Of a stretch of DNA of 64,000 nucleotides, positions 28,991 to 38,912 are shown piece after piece. The stretch covers positions 8,066 through 72,065 of the forward strand of contig JBAXSG010000002.1 in the NCBI GenBank assembly GCA_037130865.1, read 5' to 3'. The notes under the pieces were generated by a model. The model saw only the letters and a program-made list of their open reading frames with translations. It did not search any database and had not been told where the DNA came from. The stretch comes from Candidatus Tayloriibacteriota bacterium. Its GTDB lineage: Bacteria; Patescibacteriota; Minisyncoccia; Phycocordibacterales; PALSA-1337. A program made the translations under genes and the position numbers. Every line of letters begins with the position of its first letter. The first letter of the stretch is position 1.

Positions 28991-29539
28991 ATGAGATATT
29001 TCATCGGAAGCCTGCTTCGTGGAGAAGTGGCTGAATATTACAAGACTACTTGCATCGACTTATCTAACCGTTTTGGTATAGCAAACGTGTCTGACATTGT
29101 GCCACCACATATTACCGTCAAAACCTCCTTTGAGAAGCCAAATGCCGAAATTATCGATGAATGTCTCTCTCTCAACACTGAAGTAGTGCCATTCCCTATT
29201 TCTCTATCAAATTGGAATCATTTTGGTACAAGGACAATCTTCATGGAAGGTAATAAGCCGAGCATCGAACTCAAAGCTTATACCGATAGTATCGTGACGA
29301 AACTACGCGCTGCCGGCATACCATCTACTATAGAAGAAAAAGAACTACAGATCCGTATGTCCATAGCTCGTTTCTTGAAACCTCAAGAATATCAAAATGT
29401 CTGGAATTATCTGCAAACCGTACCGGCTCCGAAGTTCGATATGACATTCGATAACCTAACTATATTCTACAAAGAAAATAATGACGATAAGGCTTGGAAA
29501 GTACTCAAGACTTTCCCTTTGACCGGGCGGCCTTCATAA
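28991..29539 (+). CDS. 2H phosphoesterase / 2'-5' RNA ligase family protein
   Basis: PPHITVK first motif; second motif reads IRMSIAR. Confidence 0.75.
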   Translation: MRYFIGSLLRGEVAEYYKTTCIDLSNRFGIANVSDIVPPHITVKTSFEKPNAEIIDECLSLNTEVVPFPISLSNWNHFGTRTIFMEGNKPSIELKAYTDSIVTKLRAAGIPSTIEEKELQIRMSIARFLKPQEYQNVWNYLQTVPAPKFDMTFDNLTIFYKENNDDKAWKVLKTFPLTGRPS

Positions 29540-31193
29540 AAGCTGTAAATAGAGGGTGTGGTGACAGAGGTCTAGCCAAGAACTCTGGATGAAACTGCGT
29601 GCCAAGGAAAAATGGATGCTGACCTTCACCATTTCCATGAGGCAATTCTGCTATTTCCATAAGTGAACCATCTGGAGATTTTCCAGAAAATACTAGTCCA
29701 CCTTTCTCCAACCTCTCAATATATTTTGGATTTACTTCATAACGGTGACGATGACGCTCTTTTATACTACTACCAGCCTCCAGTTTGCCAGCTAATTCAT
29801 ATGCCTCATAAGCGACTGTACCTTTTGCCAATTTAGAAGTATATAGACCAAGTCTCATAGTGCCACCATATTTACCTTCAGCGATCTTCTTCTTCTGATC
29901 TGGCATAAAGTCGATGATAAGATGTGGCGCCTTCGGATCTATCTCAGCAGTCTGTGCTCCAACAAGGCCGAGGACATTGCGGGCGTATTCTATTGTCATA
30001 AGTTGCATACCATAGCAGAGACCGAAATAAGGTATCTTCTTCTCACGAGCGTAGCGAATCACATTGAGCTTACCTTCTATACCAGTCTCACCAAATCCGC
30101 CAGGAACAATAATACCTGCGAATTGATCGAGTGATGAATAGTCAGGATTCTTGGACTCGAAATCACGCGAATTTACAGTGTGAATAACAGCTTTAACTCC
30201 GACGGCATATGCTGAGAATTTAATAGCTTCCAGAACTGATAGATAAGCATCTGACAATATAAAATCACCAGTATTGAAATATTTACCAACAACGCCTATG
30301 TGAATCTCTTTGTGAACATGGTTCTTGATACCTTTTGCCATCTTTATCCATGCCTTAAATGAACTGTTCGTTTTGGTCTTAGGAAGATTCAAAACATCTA
30401 GCACTTGTTCTGCCAAATAATCCTTTTCAAAATTTACGGGCACATCATAAATACTCTTTATATCTGGCGCAGATATGACTCTCTCAACCGGTATACTACA
30501 AGCCGAAGCAATCTTCTCTTTACGCTTCTTATCTATAGGACTAGACGCTCTAGCGATAATAAAGTCGGCGTTGATACCATAAGATGCTAGTTGGCGAGCG
30601 GCATTTTGTGTAGGTTTTGATTTCATCTCACCAAGATTTCCTGGTGTAGGCAGATAGCTCACCATCATAAAGGCGACATCTGCTGGATGATACATCTTGA
30701 ATACTCTGGCCGCTTCCATAAACATCACATTTTGGTAGTCACCAATAGTACCGCCGATCTCTATTATAGAAATATCTGACTTATTCACTTTAGCGGCATG
30801 CTCCAGTCGGTGGACGATCTCGTCACGGATTTGTTCGGCGTCAACACATTTACCAGCATAACCAAGCGAGCGTTCCTTCTCTATGACGTGCTTATAGACC
30901 ATTCCGCTTGTCATATAATCATCTGAGGCTAGATCGTGTCCCAAGAACCTCTCATAATTACCCATATCTTGATCTGTCTCTAGACCAGAATTGAGGACAA
31001 AAACTTCCCCGTGTTCTGTAGGATGCATTGTACCAGCGTCGACATTTAAATAAGGATCAACCTTTACTAGATTGACCTTATATCCTTTCGCCGTGAGTAG
31101 TGTACCGATGGACGACACCGCAATACCCTTACCTACTCCAGACATCACACCTCCAATGACGAAGATGTATTTATGCTTAGCTTTATTCTTCAT
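29505..31193 (-). CDS. pyrG: CTP synthase
   Basis: GGVMSGVGKG, DPYLNVDAGTM, GLCYGMQ, RHRHRYE, QFHPEF. Confidence 0.98.
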   Translation of the reverse strand: MKNKAKHKYIFVIGGVMSGVGKGIAVSSIGTLLTAKGYKVNLVKVDPYLNVDAGTMHPTEHGEVFVLNSGLETDQDMGNYERFLGHDLASDDYMTSGMVYKHVIEKERSLGYAGKCVDAEQIRDEIVHRLEHAAKVNKSDISIIEIGGTIGDYQNVMFMEAARVFKMYHPADVAFMMVSYLPTPGNLGEMKSKPTQNAARQLASYGINADFIIARASSPIDKKRKEKIASACSIPVERVISAPDIKSIYDVPVNFEKDYLAEQVLDVLNLPKTKTNSSFKAWIKMAKGIKNHVHKEIHIGVVGKYFNTGDFILSDAYLSVLEAIKFSAYAVGVKAVIHTVNSRDFESKNPDYSSLDQFAGIIVPGGFGETGIEGKLNVIRYAREKKIPYFGLCYGMQLMTIEYARNVLGLVGAQTAEIDPKAPHLIIDFMPDQKKKIAEGKYGGTMRLGLYTSKLAKGTVAYEAYELAGKLEAGSSIKERHRHRYEVNPKYIERLEKGGLVFSGKSPDGSLMEIAELPHGNGEGQHPFFLGTQFHPEFLARPLSPHPLFTAFMKAARSKGKS

Positions 31194-31203
31194 GTTGGGA
31201 TGA

Positions 31204-32160
31204 TTATACCTTTAAATACCTCCTGGCCGCCACATAGCTAGATAAGCCTCCAAGGATGATGCCTGCAGACATAATGATACAGAATATCTGACCAAAGTTT
31301 CTAATGAAATAGTTCGAGAAGACATTTACCATCAGTTGAAAATTCGCTGCTACATCTACTCCAGCCAATCTCAAGATGATAGAGTCTCCCCAATAAGAAA
31401 CAGCAGCCAATATGATGAGTGTGATGACTCCGGATATAACACCGTACATAATCCCTGATACTACAAATGGTCCTCTCACATAAGTGTTGCTAGCTCCAAC
31501 AAGCTTCATAACCGAGATTTCATCTCTCGCGGCGTATATGATCAAACGGATAGTATTGAAGACAACAATTATCGCTACTATAACAAATATCATAGCTACA
31601 ACTGAACCGGCTTTTTCTACAGTCGGTATGATGGAACTTAGACGATCTATGATCAATTTATTTTCTTGATAGTTGATCTTCTCTATGATCGGAGTACCGC
31701 TAGTATCTGTAGGATTCTTATTCTGCAAAAATGTGGCAATACTACCGTACTGTCCAGGATCTTTGGCTCTTATATTTAGAGAAGCTGGAAATGGATTTGT
31801 GCCAATCTCATCCAACCCTTGCATTATGAGAGTGTTGTCTTGCCAACGCGTCTTGAACGAGGTTAGTGCTTGTTCACTAGAAATATAAGAAGTACTTGCC
31901 ACTTGTGGCAATATGTTTATATCCTTCTGCAAAGCCAAAATATCTGACTCTCTCGTATTTAGTGTGAAATAGACATTTACATCAACTTTATTTTTTACTT
32001 CAATCAAAAGAGATCTGGCAAAAGCTGTAGACAATATCAATCCTCCAAAAGCACAAAGGGACAGCGTAATAACCACTATAGCCGCGAATGACAAGAACCC
32101 ATTGCGCCAAAAGTTTACGAAACCTGTGCGAGCTATGCGTTTAAAAGCTGTGAAAATCAT
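31204..32160 (-). CDS. ftsX: Cell division permease FtsX
   Basis: FNTIRLIIYAARDEISVMKLVGAS...VRGPF; follows ftsE. Confidence 0.92.
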   Translation of the reverse strand: MIFTAFKRIARTGFVNFWRNGFLSFAAIVVITLSLCAFGGLILSTAFARSLLIEVKNKVDVNVYFTLNTRESDILALQKDINILPQVASTSYISSEQALTSFKTRWQDNTLIMQGLDEIGTNPFPASLNIRAKDPGQYGSIATFLQNKNPTDTSGTPIIEKINYQENKLIIDRLSSIIPTVEKAGSVVAMIFVIVAIIVVFNTIRLIIYAARDEISVMKLVGASNTYVRGPFVVSGIMYGVISGVITLIILAAVSYWGDSIILRLAGVDVAANFQLMVNVFSNYFIRNFGQIFCIIMSAGIILGGLSSYVAARRYLKV

Positions 32161-32167
32161 GTGTTTA

Positions 32168-32848
32168 TTATAAAATATATTTACCTGTCTTATCATCTCT
32201 GATAATCTTGCCCTTCTCCATCGTTATGACTCTACCACCAACAGCGTCTACGACGCCCTTATTGTGAGTAGTAAGCAAAATTGTCGTACCAAGCTCATTT
32301 ATCTTCTTCAAGATGCGGATAACCTCAAAAGTATTCGTAGGATCGAGATTCCCTGTTGGCTCATCTGCAATGATGATATCCGGCTGATTTACTATAGCAC
32401 GCGCTATAGCCACCCTCTGACTCTCTCCACCAGAAAGCTGATGTGGAAAATTCCATATCTTATGACCTAGATCTACAAGATCGAGTACGTGTGGAACATC
32501 GGCAGCTATCTGACTGTCACTGCGACCGGACGCTTCCATAGCGAAGGCTATATTTTCATAGACAGTTTTGTTTGGTATCAAACGATAATCCTGGAAAACC
32601 ATGCCAACACGACGGCGTAGTTTATTCATCTGCTTCTTATTCAACTTGTTCACATTTAAAGATTCAAAAGAAATAGTTCCACTGGTCGGACGATCCTCGG
32701 CTATAAGAAGCTTCATCAGAGTAGTCTTACCTGCACCGGAATGACCCACTATGGTCACAAACTCTCTTGGCTCAACGCCAAAGTTTATATTATCGAGTGC
32801 AACAGACTTATCTGAATACACTTTTGAGACTTTGTCGTAATAAATCAT
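32168..32848 (-). CDS. ftsE: Cell division ATP-binding protein FtsE
   Basis: [33 protein letters not shown]. Confidence 0.95.
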   Translation of the reverse strand: MIYYDKVSKVYSDKSVALDNINFGVEPREFVTIVGHSGAGKTTLMKLLIAEDRPTSGTISFESLNVNKLNKKQMNKLRRRVGMVFQDYRLIPNKTVYENIAFAMEASGRSDSQIAADVPHVLDLVDLGHKIWNFPHQLSGGESQRVAIARAIVNQPDIIIADEPTGNLDPTNTFEVIRILKKINELGTTILLTTHNKGVVDAVGGRVITMEKGKIIRDDKTGKYIL

Positions 32849-32855
32849 GTGTAAA

Positions 32856-33773
32856 TTATAACACCTTTTCCGCCTCAATAAATTCATCTATATCGCCGTC
32901 CAAAACCTTATCAACTTGAGCCGTCTCGACTCCAGTACGATGATCTTTCACCATTTTGTATGGATGAAGGACATATGAGCGGATCTGATTCCCCCATTCT
33001 ATCGAGGTCGTTGAAGAGAGCTGCATGCCGCGCTCTTTTGCAATACGCTCTTCTTCCATACGTTTCCATATCTTGCCGCGCAATATCTCAAATGCTTTCT
33101 CGCGATTCTGCGCCTGTGATCGTTCAGAGGTTACATGTATGGAAATGCCTGTAGGCTTATGCACCAGGCGTACGGCTGTCTCGCGCTTATTCACATTTTG
33201 GCCGCCAGGACCTCCAGATTTGGCTATAGTGATCTCCACATCATTGTCGGAGATAACCACGTCATCTGAAGATGCCGCCTTTTCTAGCTTTGGTATAATC
33301 TCGACCAAAGAGAAAGATGTATGACGCTTGTCATTGGCATTGAAAGGAGAAATGCGGACAAGCCTATGCACACCAGATTCGTTTTTCAATGTGCCATAGA
33401 CGCCCATTCCACCAGAACCGACTGCGCCAGATTTGCTAGAGATCTCCACGGTTACATTGCGATATCCACCATGATCGTTTGAGTTCGAATGCACAACAGA
33501 CCAGCCCCAACCTTTTTCAGTGGCATATTTGCTGTACATACGCAGTAATATTCCAGAAAAATCCTCAGCGTCATCGCCGCCGGCTCCAGAGAGAATAGTG
33601 AGAATAGCGTCACCTTTGTCGTATTTTCCTACTCCAGCCAATTGGTCTTTCAGGGTCTGTAGTTCCTTTATAGTCGCCTGTGCACGAGATTTGTCAGACC
33701 AAAAACCATCTGCATTCATCGACGCTTCCAGTTCAGTGATTTTCTGTTGGATTTTTTCTTTTTGATTATTCAT
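32856..33773 (-). CDS. prfB: Peptide chain release factor 2 (short form, 305 aa)
   Basis: RISPF (SPF tripeptide), [23 protein letters not shown]. Confidence 0.93.
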   Translation of the reverse strand: MNNQKEKIQQKITELEASMNADGFWSDKSRAQATIKELQTLKDQLAGVGKYDKGDAILTILSGAGGDDAEDFSGILLRMYSKYATEKGWGWSVVHSNSNDHGGYRNVTVEISSKSGAVGSGGMGVYGTLKNESGVHRLVRISPFNANDKRHTSFSLVEIIPKLEKAASSDDVVISDNDVEITIAKSGGPGGQNVNKRETAVRLVHKPTGISIHVTSERSQAQNREKAFEILRGKIWKRMEEERIAKERGMQLSSTTSIEWGNQIRSYVLHPYKMVKDHRTGVETAQVDKVLDGDIDEFIEAEKVL

Positions 33774-33775
33774 CT

Positions 33776-33851
33776 TGGAGCCAAAGCCCGGGATCGAACC
33801 GGGGACCCTCGCTTTACGAAAGCGATGCTCTACCAACTGAGCTACTTTGGC
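33776..33851 (-). tRNA. tRNA-Thr(CGT)
   Basis: GCCAAAG/CTTTGGC acceptor, TCGCT-TTCGTAA-AGCGA, encoded CCA. Confidence 0.95.
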
Positions 33852-33895
33852 TGATTTTCAATGCATTATACCAAGACAGCTACTTTGGCAACATC

Positions 33896-33971
33896 TGGAG
33901 CCGTTGGCCAGAATTGAACTGGCGACCTACTCCTTACCATGGAGTTGCTCTACCATCTGAGCTACAACGGC
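33896..33971 (-). tRNA. tRNA-Thr(GGT)
   Basis: GCCGTTG/CAACGGC acceptor, ACTCC-ATGGTAA-GGAGT, encoded CCA. Confidence 0.95.
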
Positions 33972-33988
33972 GGTTCCCGGCTATAGTA

Positions 33989-34315
33989 CTATGCTTTGCG
34001 CAGTTTCTCAACCATAAGCCCGACGAATGCTCCGATGACGAAGTAATAAGCGAGAACTGAGACAACATATACAAACTGATAGTTAAGCATTGAATTTGCT
34101 AAAGGTGACGACCAGAGAGGCATCAGTGAATTTGTGAATATATCCTCTATAAATCTGGCAAATGGTGCCACACAAGATACTTCGCCACATATTTTGAAGA
34201 AAAAACTCGGCACAAATATCAGCTGAAATATGATAAATAGAAAAGCTATACCAGCTCCAATCGAGCCACCCTTAGCCCAATGTGGCCAACCTTTCCAATG
34301 ATTATGGTCGTGCAT
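33989..34315 (-). CDS. Hypothetical 2-TM membrane protein
   Basis: WPHWAKGGSIG followed by two hydrophobic helices. Confidence 0.7.
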   Translation of the reverse strand: MHDHNHWKGWPHWAKGGSIGAGIAFLFIIFQLIFVPSFFFKICGEVSCVAPFARFIEDIFTNSLMPLWSSPLANSMLNYQFVYVVSVLAYYFVIGAFVGLMVEKLRKA

Positions 34316-34335
34316 GTTTGATATAGCAATAAAAA

Positions 34336-34836
34336 TTATAAAGACCTTGGTATGATTTCCGTCAATTGACCATTTTTAATAGAAAAATTCTTCGTTGCAC
34401 AAACCGATGGTGGAACAGTAAATGGTTCATTCAACTTGCGATCATAATAATTGAATGATGCGACATTGTTCGAAATACTAATAGTTTGTGGAGCAATACG
34501 GTCTCCGAGAAAGATAGGGTTGGTATTTACATACACATCACCTTCTTTCACGAAAGCGATAGCATAGAAAAATGTTCCACTACCACCGTGGTCTTGGGTT
34601 ACAAAAGCTGCAACTGTTCCAGTTCCAACGCCGATGTCGCCAGATACTGCATTACCAAATATTTTAGTAATAACTGTTGAAGAAGCGCCTACAGGAGGTG
34701 GATTTTCTGTATTTTTATTACTGGAACTTTTGAAGATCTCCGTGAGGCCGAAGACATACATTCCAGTCAAAATCACTGTGAAAGCGAGCAGGACTAAATA
34801 ATAATGTGACCTTTTGTATCCGTGGTGGATTACCAT
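34336..34836 (-). CDS. Hypothetical membrane-anchored protein
   Basis: TM, then GGSGTFFYA...FLGDRIAPQTI. Confidence 0.75.
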   Translation of the reverse strand: MVIHHGYKRSHYYLVLLAFTVILTGMYVFGLTEIFKSSSNKNTENPPPVGASSTVITKIFGNAVSGDIGVGTGTVAAFVTQDHGGSGTFFYAIAFVKEGDVYVNTNPIFLGDRIAPQTISISNNVASFNYYDRKLNEPFTVPPSVCATKNFSIKNGQLTEIIPRSL

Positions 34837-34868
34837 GGTGTATATATTAACACAAAAACTATGGCACA

Positions 34869-35264
34869 CTAAGCCTTGGTTGTAGGTGTCCTGCTTGTTG
34901 GTGTATTACCATCGATGATGTCCTTATCTCCGTTGTCTGGATTTTCAGATGCAGCATCTATCGCACCTTGTCTGGACACAGACAACTCCGGCATCTCACT
35001 TACCAATCTTATGACATTTGTCCTCAATTTGAATTTATCCGTTATAGGAGTGAATACGCTCACAACATCAGCAATTCTAGGATTTTCTTCTTTTTCCAAA
35101 TCTTTAATATAGTTTAACATCTTGTCCGGACAAAAATTTGGATCGATTTTCTTGATCGTTTCAATAATCTCATACAACTTATCGAAGCTTTTGGTATCTG
35201 TGAATTCTTGGACAAAAAATGCTTCTCTGCTTATTCCACCCTCTTGCGTGAATGATTCAGTCAT
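34869..35264 (-). CDS. Hypothetical protein
   Basis: 131-aa frame filling the gap; upstream TGTTACAAT box. Confidence 0.6.
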   Translation of the reverse strand: MTESFTQEGGISREAFFVQEFTDTKSFDKLYEIIETIKKIDPNFCPDKMLNYIKDLEKEENPRIADVVSVFTPITDKFKLRTNVIRLVSEMPELSVSRQGAIDAASENPDNGDKDIIDGNTPTSRTPTTKA

Positions 35265-35312
35265 ATGTTTAATGTTATCGACTTATTAATACTATTGTAA
35301 CACTCTCAAATG

Positions 35313-35386
35313 CGCGCCCGATGGGACTCGAACCCACGGTCTATCCCGTGACAGGGGATTGTTTTAGCCAGCTAAACTACGGGCGC
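35313..35386 (-). tRNA. tRNA-Asp(GTC)
   Basis: GCGCCCG/CGGGCGC acceptor, ATCCC-CTGTCAC-GGGAT, T loop TTCGAGT. Confidence 0.93.
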
Positions 35387-36039
35387 ATTTTCTTGAACTT
35401 CTCAAATATAAGCTTCTTTCTAGCTAGATAAAGCTTATGGGGCATATTATACATGATTTCATACAATTTCAAAGAATCCAATGTGCTGTATTGCAATCTT
35501 CCATATGTCTTATCTTTATTCGAGAATAATGAGCCACCGACTAAATCCAATTCTTTCAGAATCGATTTGAGAGATTTGAGAAAACCAAATGAACCACTTG
35601 TGAATATAGACATTATGCCGTAAGCATTTTTGGTGCGGTTTTTGTGGGTACGACCCAGCCAGACGCACCCATCACCATCAAAGTAACCTCTAACAAAGTC
35701 TCCTACAAACTCTTTTGGTATAAGTGGCAATTCCATGCGTTTTACTTTATTTTCTTCCAACTTTAAAGCCGCTAGATCATTGAACCATTCCCTGCTCCCT
35801 ATCTGTAAGCGATAAACTTTGCCAGATCTCGGAGATCTTCTGGAAATCTTGTGTTCGGATTTAAATGATTCACGTATTCTATATAAAAGTTCGCGGTCAG
35901 CTGAATACAAAACTATAAAATGTGTGCCACGCTTGGTCACCGATACGCCACCATCCGCAAACATAAACCCCAAAATATAGGCCATATCAGATGACCAGTG
36001 TTTGAAAAAACTCCTGTCGTAATTACGAATAATAGGCAT
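35377..36039 (-). CDS. Free-standing two-motif LAGLIDADG homing-endonuclease-like protein
   Basis: MAYILGFMFADGG and FVRGYFDGDG helices; C-terminal LYLARKK. Confidence 0.88.
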   Translation of the reverse strand: MPIIRNYDRSFFKHWSSDMAYILGFMFADGGVSVTKRGTHFIVLYSADRELLYRIRESFKSEHKISRRSPRSGKVYRLQIGSREWFNDLAALKLEENKVKRMELPLIPKEFVGDFVRGYFDGDGCVWLGRTHKNRTKNAYGIMSIFTSGSFGFLKSLKSILKELDLVGGSLFSNKDKTYGRLQYSTLDSLKLYEIMYNMPHKLYLARKKLIFEKFKKMRP

Positions 36040-36068
36040 AATAGATAAATTATTATCTCAGACAAATG

Positions 36069-36142
36069 TGTCGGCGGAAGGAATTGCACCTTCGACCTTG
36101 GGCTTATGAGTCCCACGCTCTAACTAACTGAGCTACGCCGAC
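36069..36142 (-). tRNA. tRNA-Met(CAT), probably elongator (Ile2 not excluded)
   Basis: GTCGGCG/CGCCGAC acceptor, TGGGA-CTCATAA-GCCCA; atypical T loop TGCAATT. Confidence 0.85.
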
Positions 36143-36270
36143 ATCTAGCTGGCGCCAAGACTAATATGGCGCTCTTAGAGAATAGCAAATCACAGCCCCT
36201 TGCACAATAAGCAGCATTGTGGCAAAATGGTCTATCATAGGCTGTATAGCAAGTTCGAAGTAAGCCATAC

Positions 36271-36342
36271 CGCGGGGTAGAGCAGCGGTAGCTCGTCAGG
36301 CTCATAACCTGAAGATCGCCGGTTCGATTCCGGCCCCCGCAA
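36271..36342 (+). tRNA. Initiator tRNA-fMet(CAT)
   Basis: CGCGGGG start with C1:A72 mismatch, TCAGG-CTCATAA-CCTGA. Confidence 0.93.
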
Positions 36343-36349
36343 CAACGAT

Positions 36350-36378
36350 TTGACATTTATAAGTGTTTCTGATATAAT
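36350..36378 (+). promoter_or_regulatory. Consensus sigma70 promoter TTGACA-N17-TATAAT
   Basis: Perfect boxes plus the extended TG, upstream of the ABC exporter. Confidence 0.8.
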
Positions 36379-36461
36379 ACTAAAGAATCAGCTTTCGAGT
36401 ACACTGGATGTGTATTTCATTGACAAAGCAATAACTTCACAAAAAACAAGGAAGGTTAGAC

Positions 36462-38306
36462 ATGAATAAACTGAAAGAAACGCTGTCAGCAGTGTGGAAG
36501 GCGGCGCGATATTCATTCGCGTTCTGCCTCAGGAACAACAAAAGGGACACAATCATTGTATGGGCTCTTCTATTCGTACAAACATTGCTCGGATATGGAA
36601 TGATCTTACTCATGGGGAAACTCATCAGTGTGGTCCAATTCCACCTCTCGGAAGCAAATCATGGGGTAATGAGCGTCAGTAACTTTTTGAAAGGTGGCGC
36701 ATGCTTCCCTATCATTCTGTTCATTGTTGCATTGTTTTTGGAGATCATCATACAGAAATATAAATCATTCATTGCGAGTCGTCAGCGACACGTCCTTCGT
36801 GTAGCAAATACACAGGAGATGAACAAACTGCGAGCATCCTTGGATATTGCTCGCAAGAGAAGCAAGTTGTATGACGACATTGAGAAAAAAGTCGACGAGC
36901 TCCCCGATGGTTGGTATACCCGAATAGCTTTCGCGGGAGAAACAATGGAGTTTGGTGGGGCCTTTCTAGGTTTCACCATCTTCGGAATATCTCTTCTTAC
37001 CAAACATCCAGGATATGTGTTAATACTTATGGCCTCATCTATACCGATGGTGTTTGCAGAGTTCGTGGCCGTCAGTAGGTCTTGGAAGTGGGCAATGGAA
37101 TTGATTCCGCACCATAAGCGTCGTGGCGTATTGCAACAAGCATTCTCTGGGACGACATCGTTCTTGCAGGGTGTCATGTTCAATCAGCTGCCGACACTCT
37201 CCGTGCAAATCAAGGAGAACCATGACTATGTCATCGGGACCATGGATAAGTTGCGATGGAGCAACTTGAAGATCACTCTTGGAGCATACGTGATTGCTAT
37301 GGCAGGCCTCAGTCTCGTACTCATGCACTCTGTCTACAATACCATCTCAATCGGAGGTGACATTGGTGTGTTGACGATCATTGTTGCATCGGCTCGGCGA
37401 TTTCAATCGTCAATCCGTGATATCGTCTTGCAAATAGCAAACCAATGGCAAAGTGTCAAAGGTATGATCATCATCGAAGAAGAATACTTCGGTATGAAAC
37501 CAATGCTTGAGACGAGTAATCCGATAGCTCCAACATTCAAGAGCGCGCCGATGATCAGGTTTGAAAATGTGAGCTTCTCATATCCAGACTGCGACTCGAA
37601 AGTGCTTAAGAACGTGTCGTTCACAGTAGAACCAGGTAGCAAGTTAGTTATTATCGGCAAGAATGGTAGTGGCAAATCGTCGCTTATCGGGCTGATGCTA
37701 AGACATTATGATCCGACAGAAGGAGACATTATGGTTGGAGACCTAAACCTACGGAGTATCGCGCCAGCAAATTGGAGCGAGTACGCCAGTGCCCTTCTGC
37801 AAAACTTCGCCATCTTCGACCGCCAGATCGGGACGGAGATCGCATCGTCTAGACTGGATCGTCCAGTCGATATGGATGGTGTGGTAAAGGCGGCCACATT
37901 CGCTGGATTCAATACGGTCGTGGGCGAGGATCCGAAAGGATACAACTCACAGATCGGTACAGAATTCGGTGGACGGGAGTTCTCGGGTGGTGAAGAGCAG
38001 CGGTTGGCACTTGCCAGAACTCGATATCGGAACACTCCGATTTTGATTCTGGATGAGCCTGATGCGAAGCTCGATCCTGAGGCAGCGAAAAATCTGATAG
38101 ACAACGTGTTTGCATTGAAAGGAGTCACGGTCATCATCGTGACTCAGCACGTTTCTAGGGCCGCTCACGGTGACAAGATTGTGGTATTGGATCATGGTGA
38201 AGTTGTTGGAACTGGGACACATTCGGAACTAATGTCTTCGAACGCACGGTACGCGGCAATGTTCACCAAGGATCAAGAGCGTCTCGGTAATATCGGTAAT
38301 AGCTGA
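36462..38306 (+). CDS. ABC exporter, fused permease and ATPase
   Basis: TM region, GKNGSGKS, FSGGEEQR, LILDEP; AAGGAAGG upstream. Confidence 0.9.
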   Translation: MNKLKETLSAVWKAARYSFAFCLRNNKRDTIIVWALLFVQTLLGYGMILLMGKLISVVQFHLSEANHGVMSVSNFLKGGACFPIILFIVALFLEIIIQKYKSFIASRQRHVLRVANTQEMNKLRASLDIARKRSKLYDDIEKKVDELPDGWYTRIAFAGETMEFGGAFLGFTIFGISLLTKHPGYVLILMASSIPMVFAEFVAVSRSWKWAMELIPHHKRRGVLQQAFSGTTSFLQGVMFNQLPTLSVQIKENHDYVIGTMDKLRWSNLKITLGAYVIAMAGLSLVLMHSVYNTISIGGDIGVLTIIVASARRFQSSIRDIVLQIANQWQSVKGMIIIEEEYFGMKPMLETSNPIAPTFKSAPMIRFENVSFSYPDCDSKVLKNVSFTVEPGSKLVIIGKNGSGKSSLIGLMLRHYDPTEGDIMVGDLNLRSIAPANWSEYASALLQNFAIFDRQIGTEIASSRLDRPVDMDGVVKAATFAGFNTVVGEDPKGYNSQIGTEFGGREFSGGEEQRLALARTRYRNTPILILDEPDAKLDPEAAKNLIDNVFALKGVTVIIVTQHVSRAAHGDKIVVLDHGEVVGTGTHSELMSSNARYAAMFTKDQERLGNIGNS

Positions 38307-38317
38307 CGTGAAACTAT

Positions 38318-38350
38318 AAGGTCGGGGAGTTCAACTCTCCCCGGCCTTTT
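38318..38350 (+). terminator. Intrinsic terminator
   Basis: AAGGTCGGGGAG/CTCCCCGGCCTT stem with T run. Confidence 0.75.
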
Positions 38351-38353
38351 ATC

Positions 38354-38905
38354 TTATATATAGTAAAACTCCTCAAAAACTTTCTTGTAGAGGTTGATAA
38401 CCCTCTTGGCTTCATACTGATTCAATGACGTGGTAGAACCTTCGTGAGCGATCTGGTTGCGAATCTTATGAGCTTCCCAAGCCTCATCTAGTGTATTGAA
38501 ATCGGACTTCTCTACCCTTTTGAGTTTCTCACCGACACTTTCTCCGTGATACTCCATTTTGTTAAGAAGATCGTCCAATATAATATCCGCATCCATAATA
38601 GCTTGGCGCCAATCATTTGGATTCGTGGATTCTATATGACTTTTTACACTATCCCATCTCTTCGCCAAGGTAACATCTCCAGCAACAGCTGTATCATAAC
38701 CTTCATCAGCTTTCACATCATACATATCATGCTCCTTGTTACGGATTATTTTCAATCTTTCGACGCAATATATTATGCCAAACAAAAGAAGTATCGACAT
38801 TATAATGGAAAGGCCGAGGATAAATCCGAAAATCTTTTGTGCCAAGACTATTAACAGAGGATATATATTCGTCGCAGCCGCAGATATGGTGTTAATAAAT
38901 TCCAT
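38354..38905 (-). CDS. Hypothetical membrane-anchored protein
   Basis: TM, then WRQAIMDADIILD...GEKLK...AWEAHKIRNQIAHE (HEPN-like RxxxxH, by inference). Confidence 0.75.
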   Translation of the reverse strand: MEFINTISAAATNIYPLLIVLAQKIFGFILGLSIIMSILLLFGIIYCVERLKIIRNKEHDMYDVKADEGYDTAVAGDVTLAKRWDSVKSHIESTNPNDWRQAIMDADIILDDLLNKMEYHGESVGEKLKRVEKSDFNTLDEAWEAHKIRNQIAHEGSTTSLNQYEAKRVINLYKKVFEEFYYI

Positions 38906-38912
38906 AGTTATA

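Noticed and set aside
35313-36142. tRNA intron carrying the LAGLIDADG gene
   Set aside because: Both flanking tRNAs are complete and contiguous, and there is no space for a group I core
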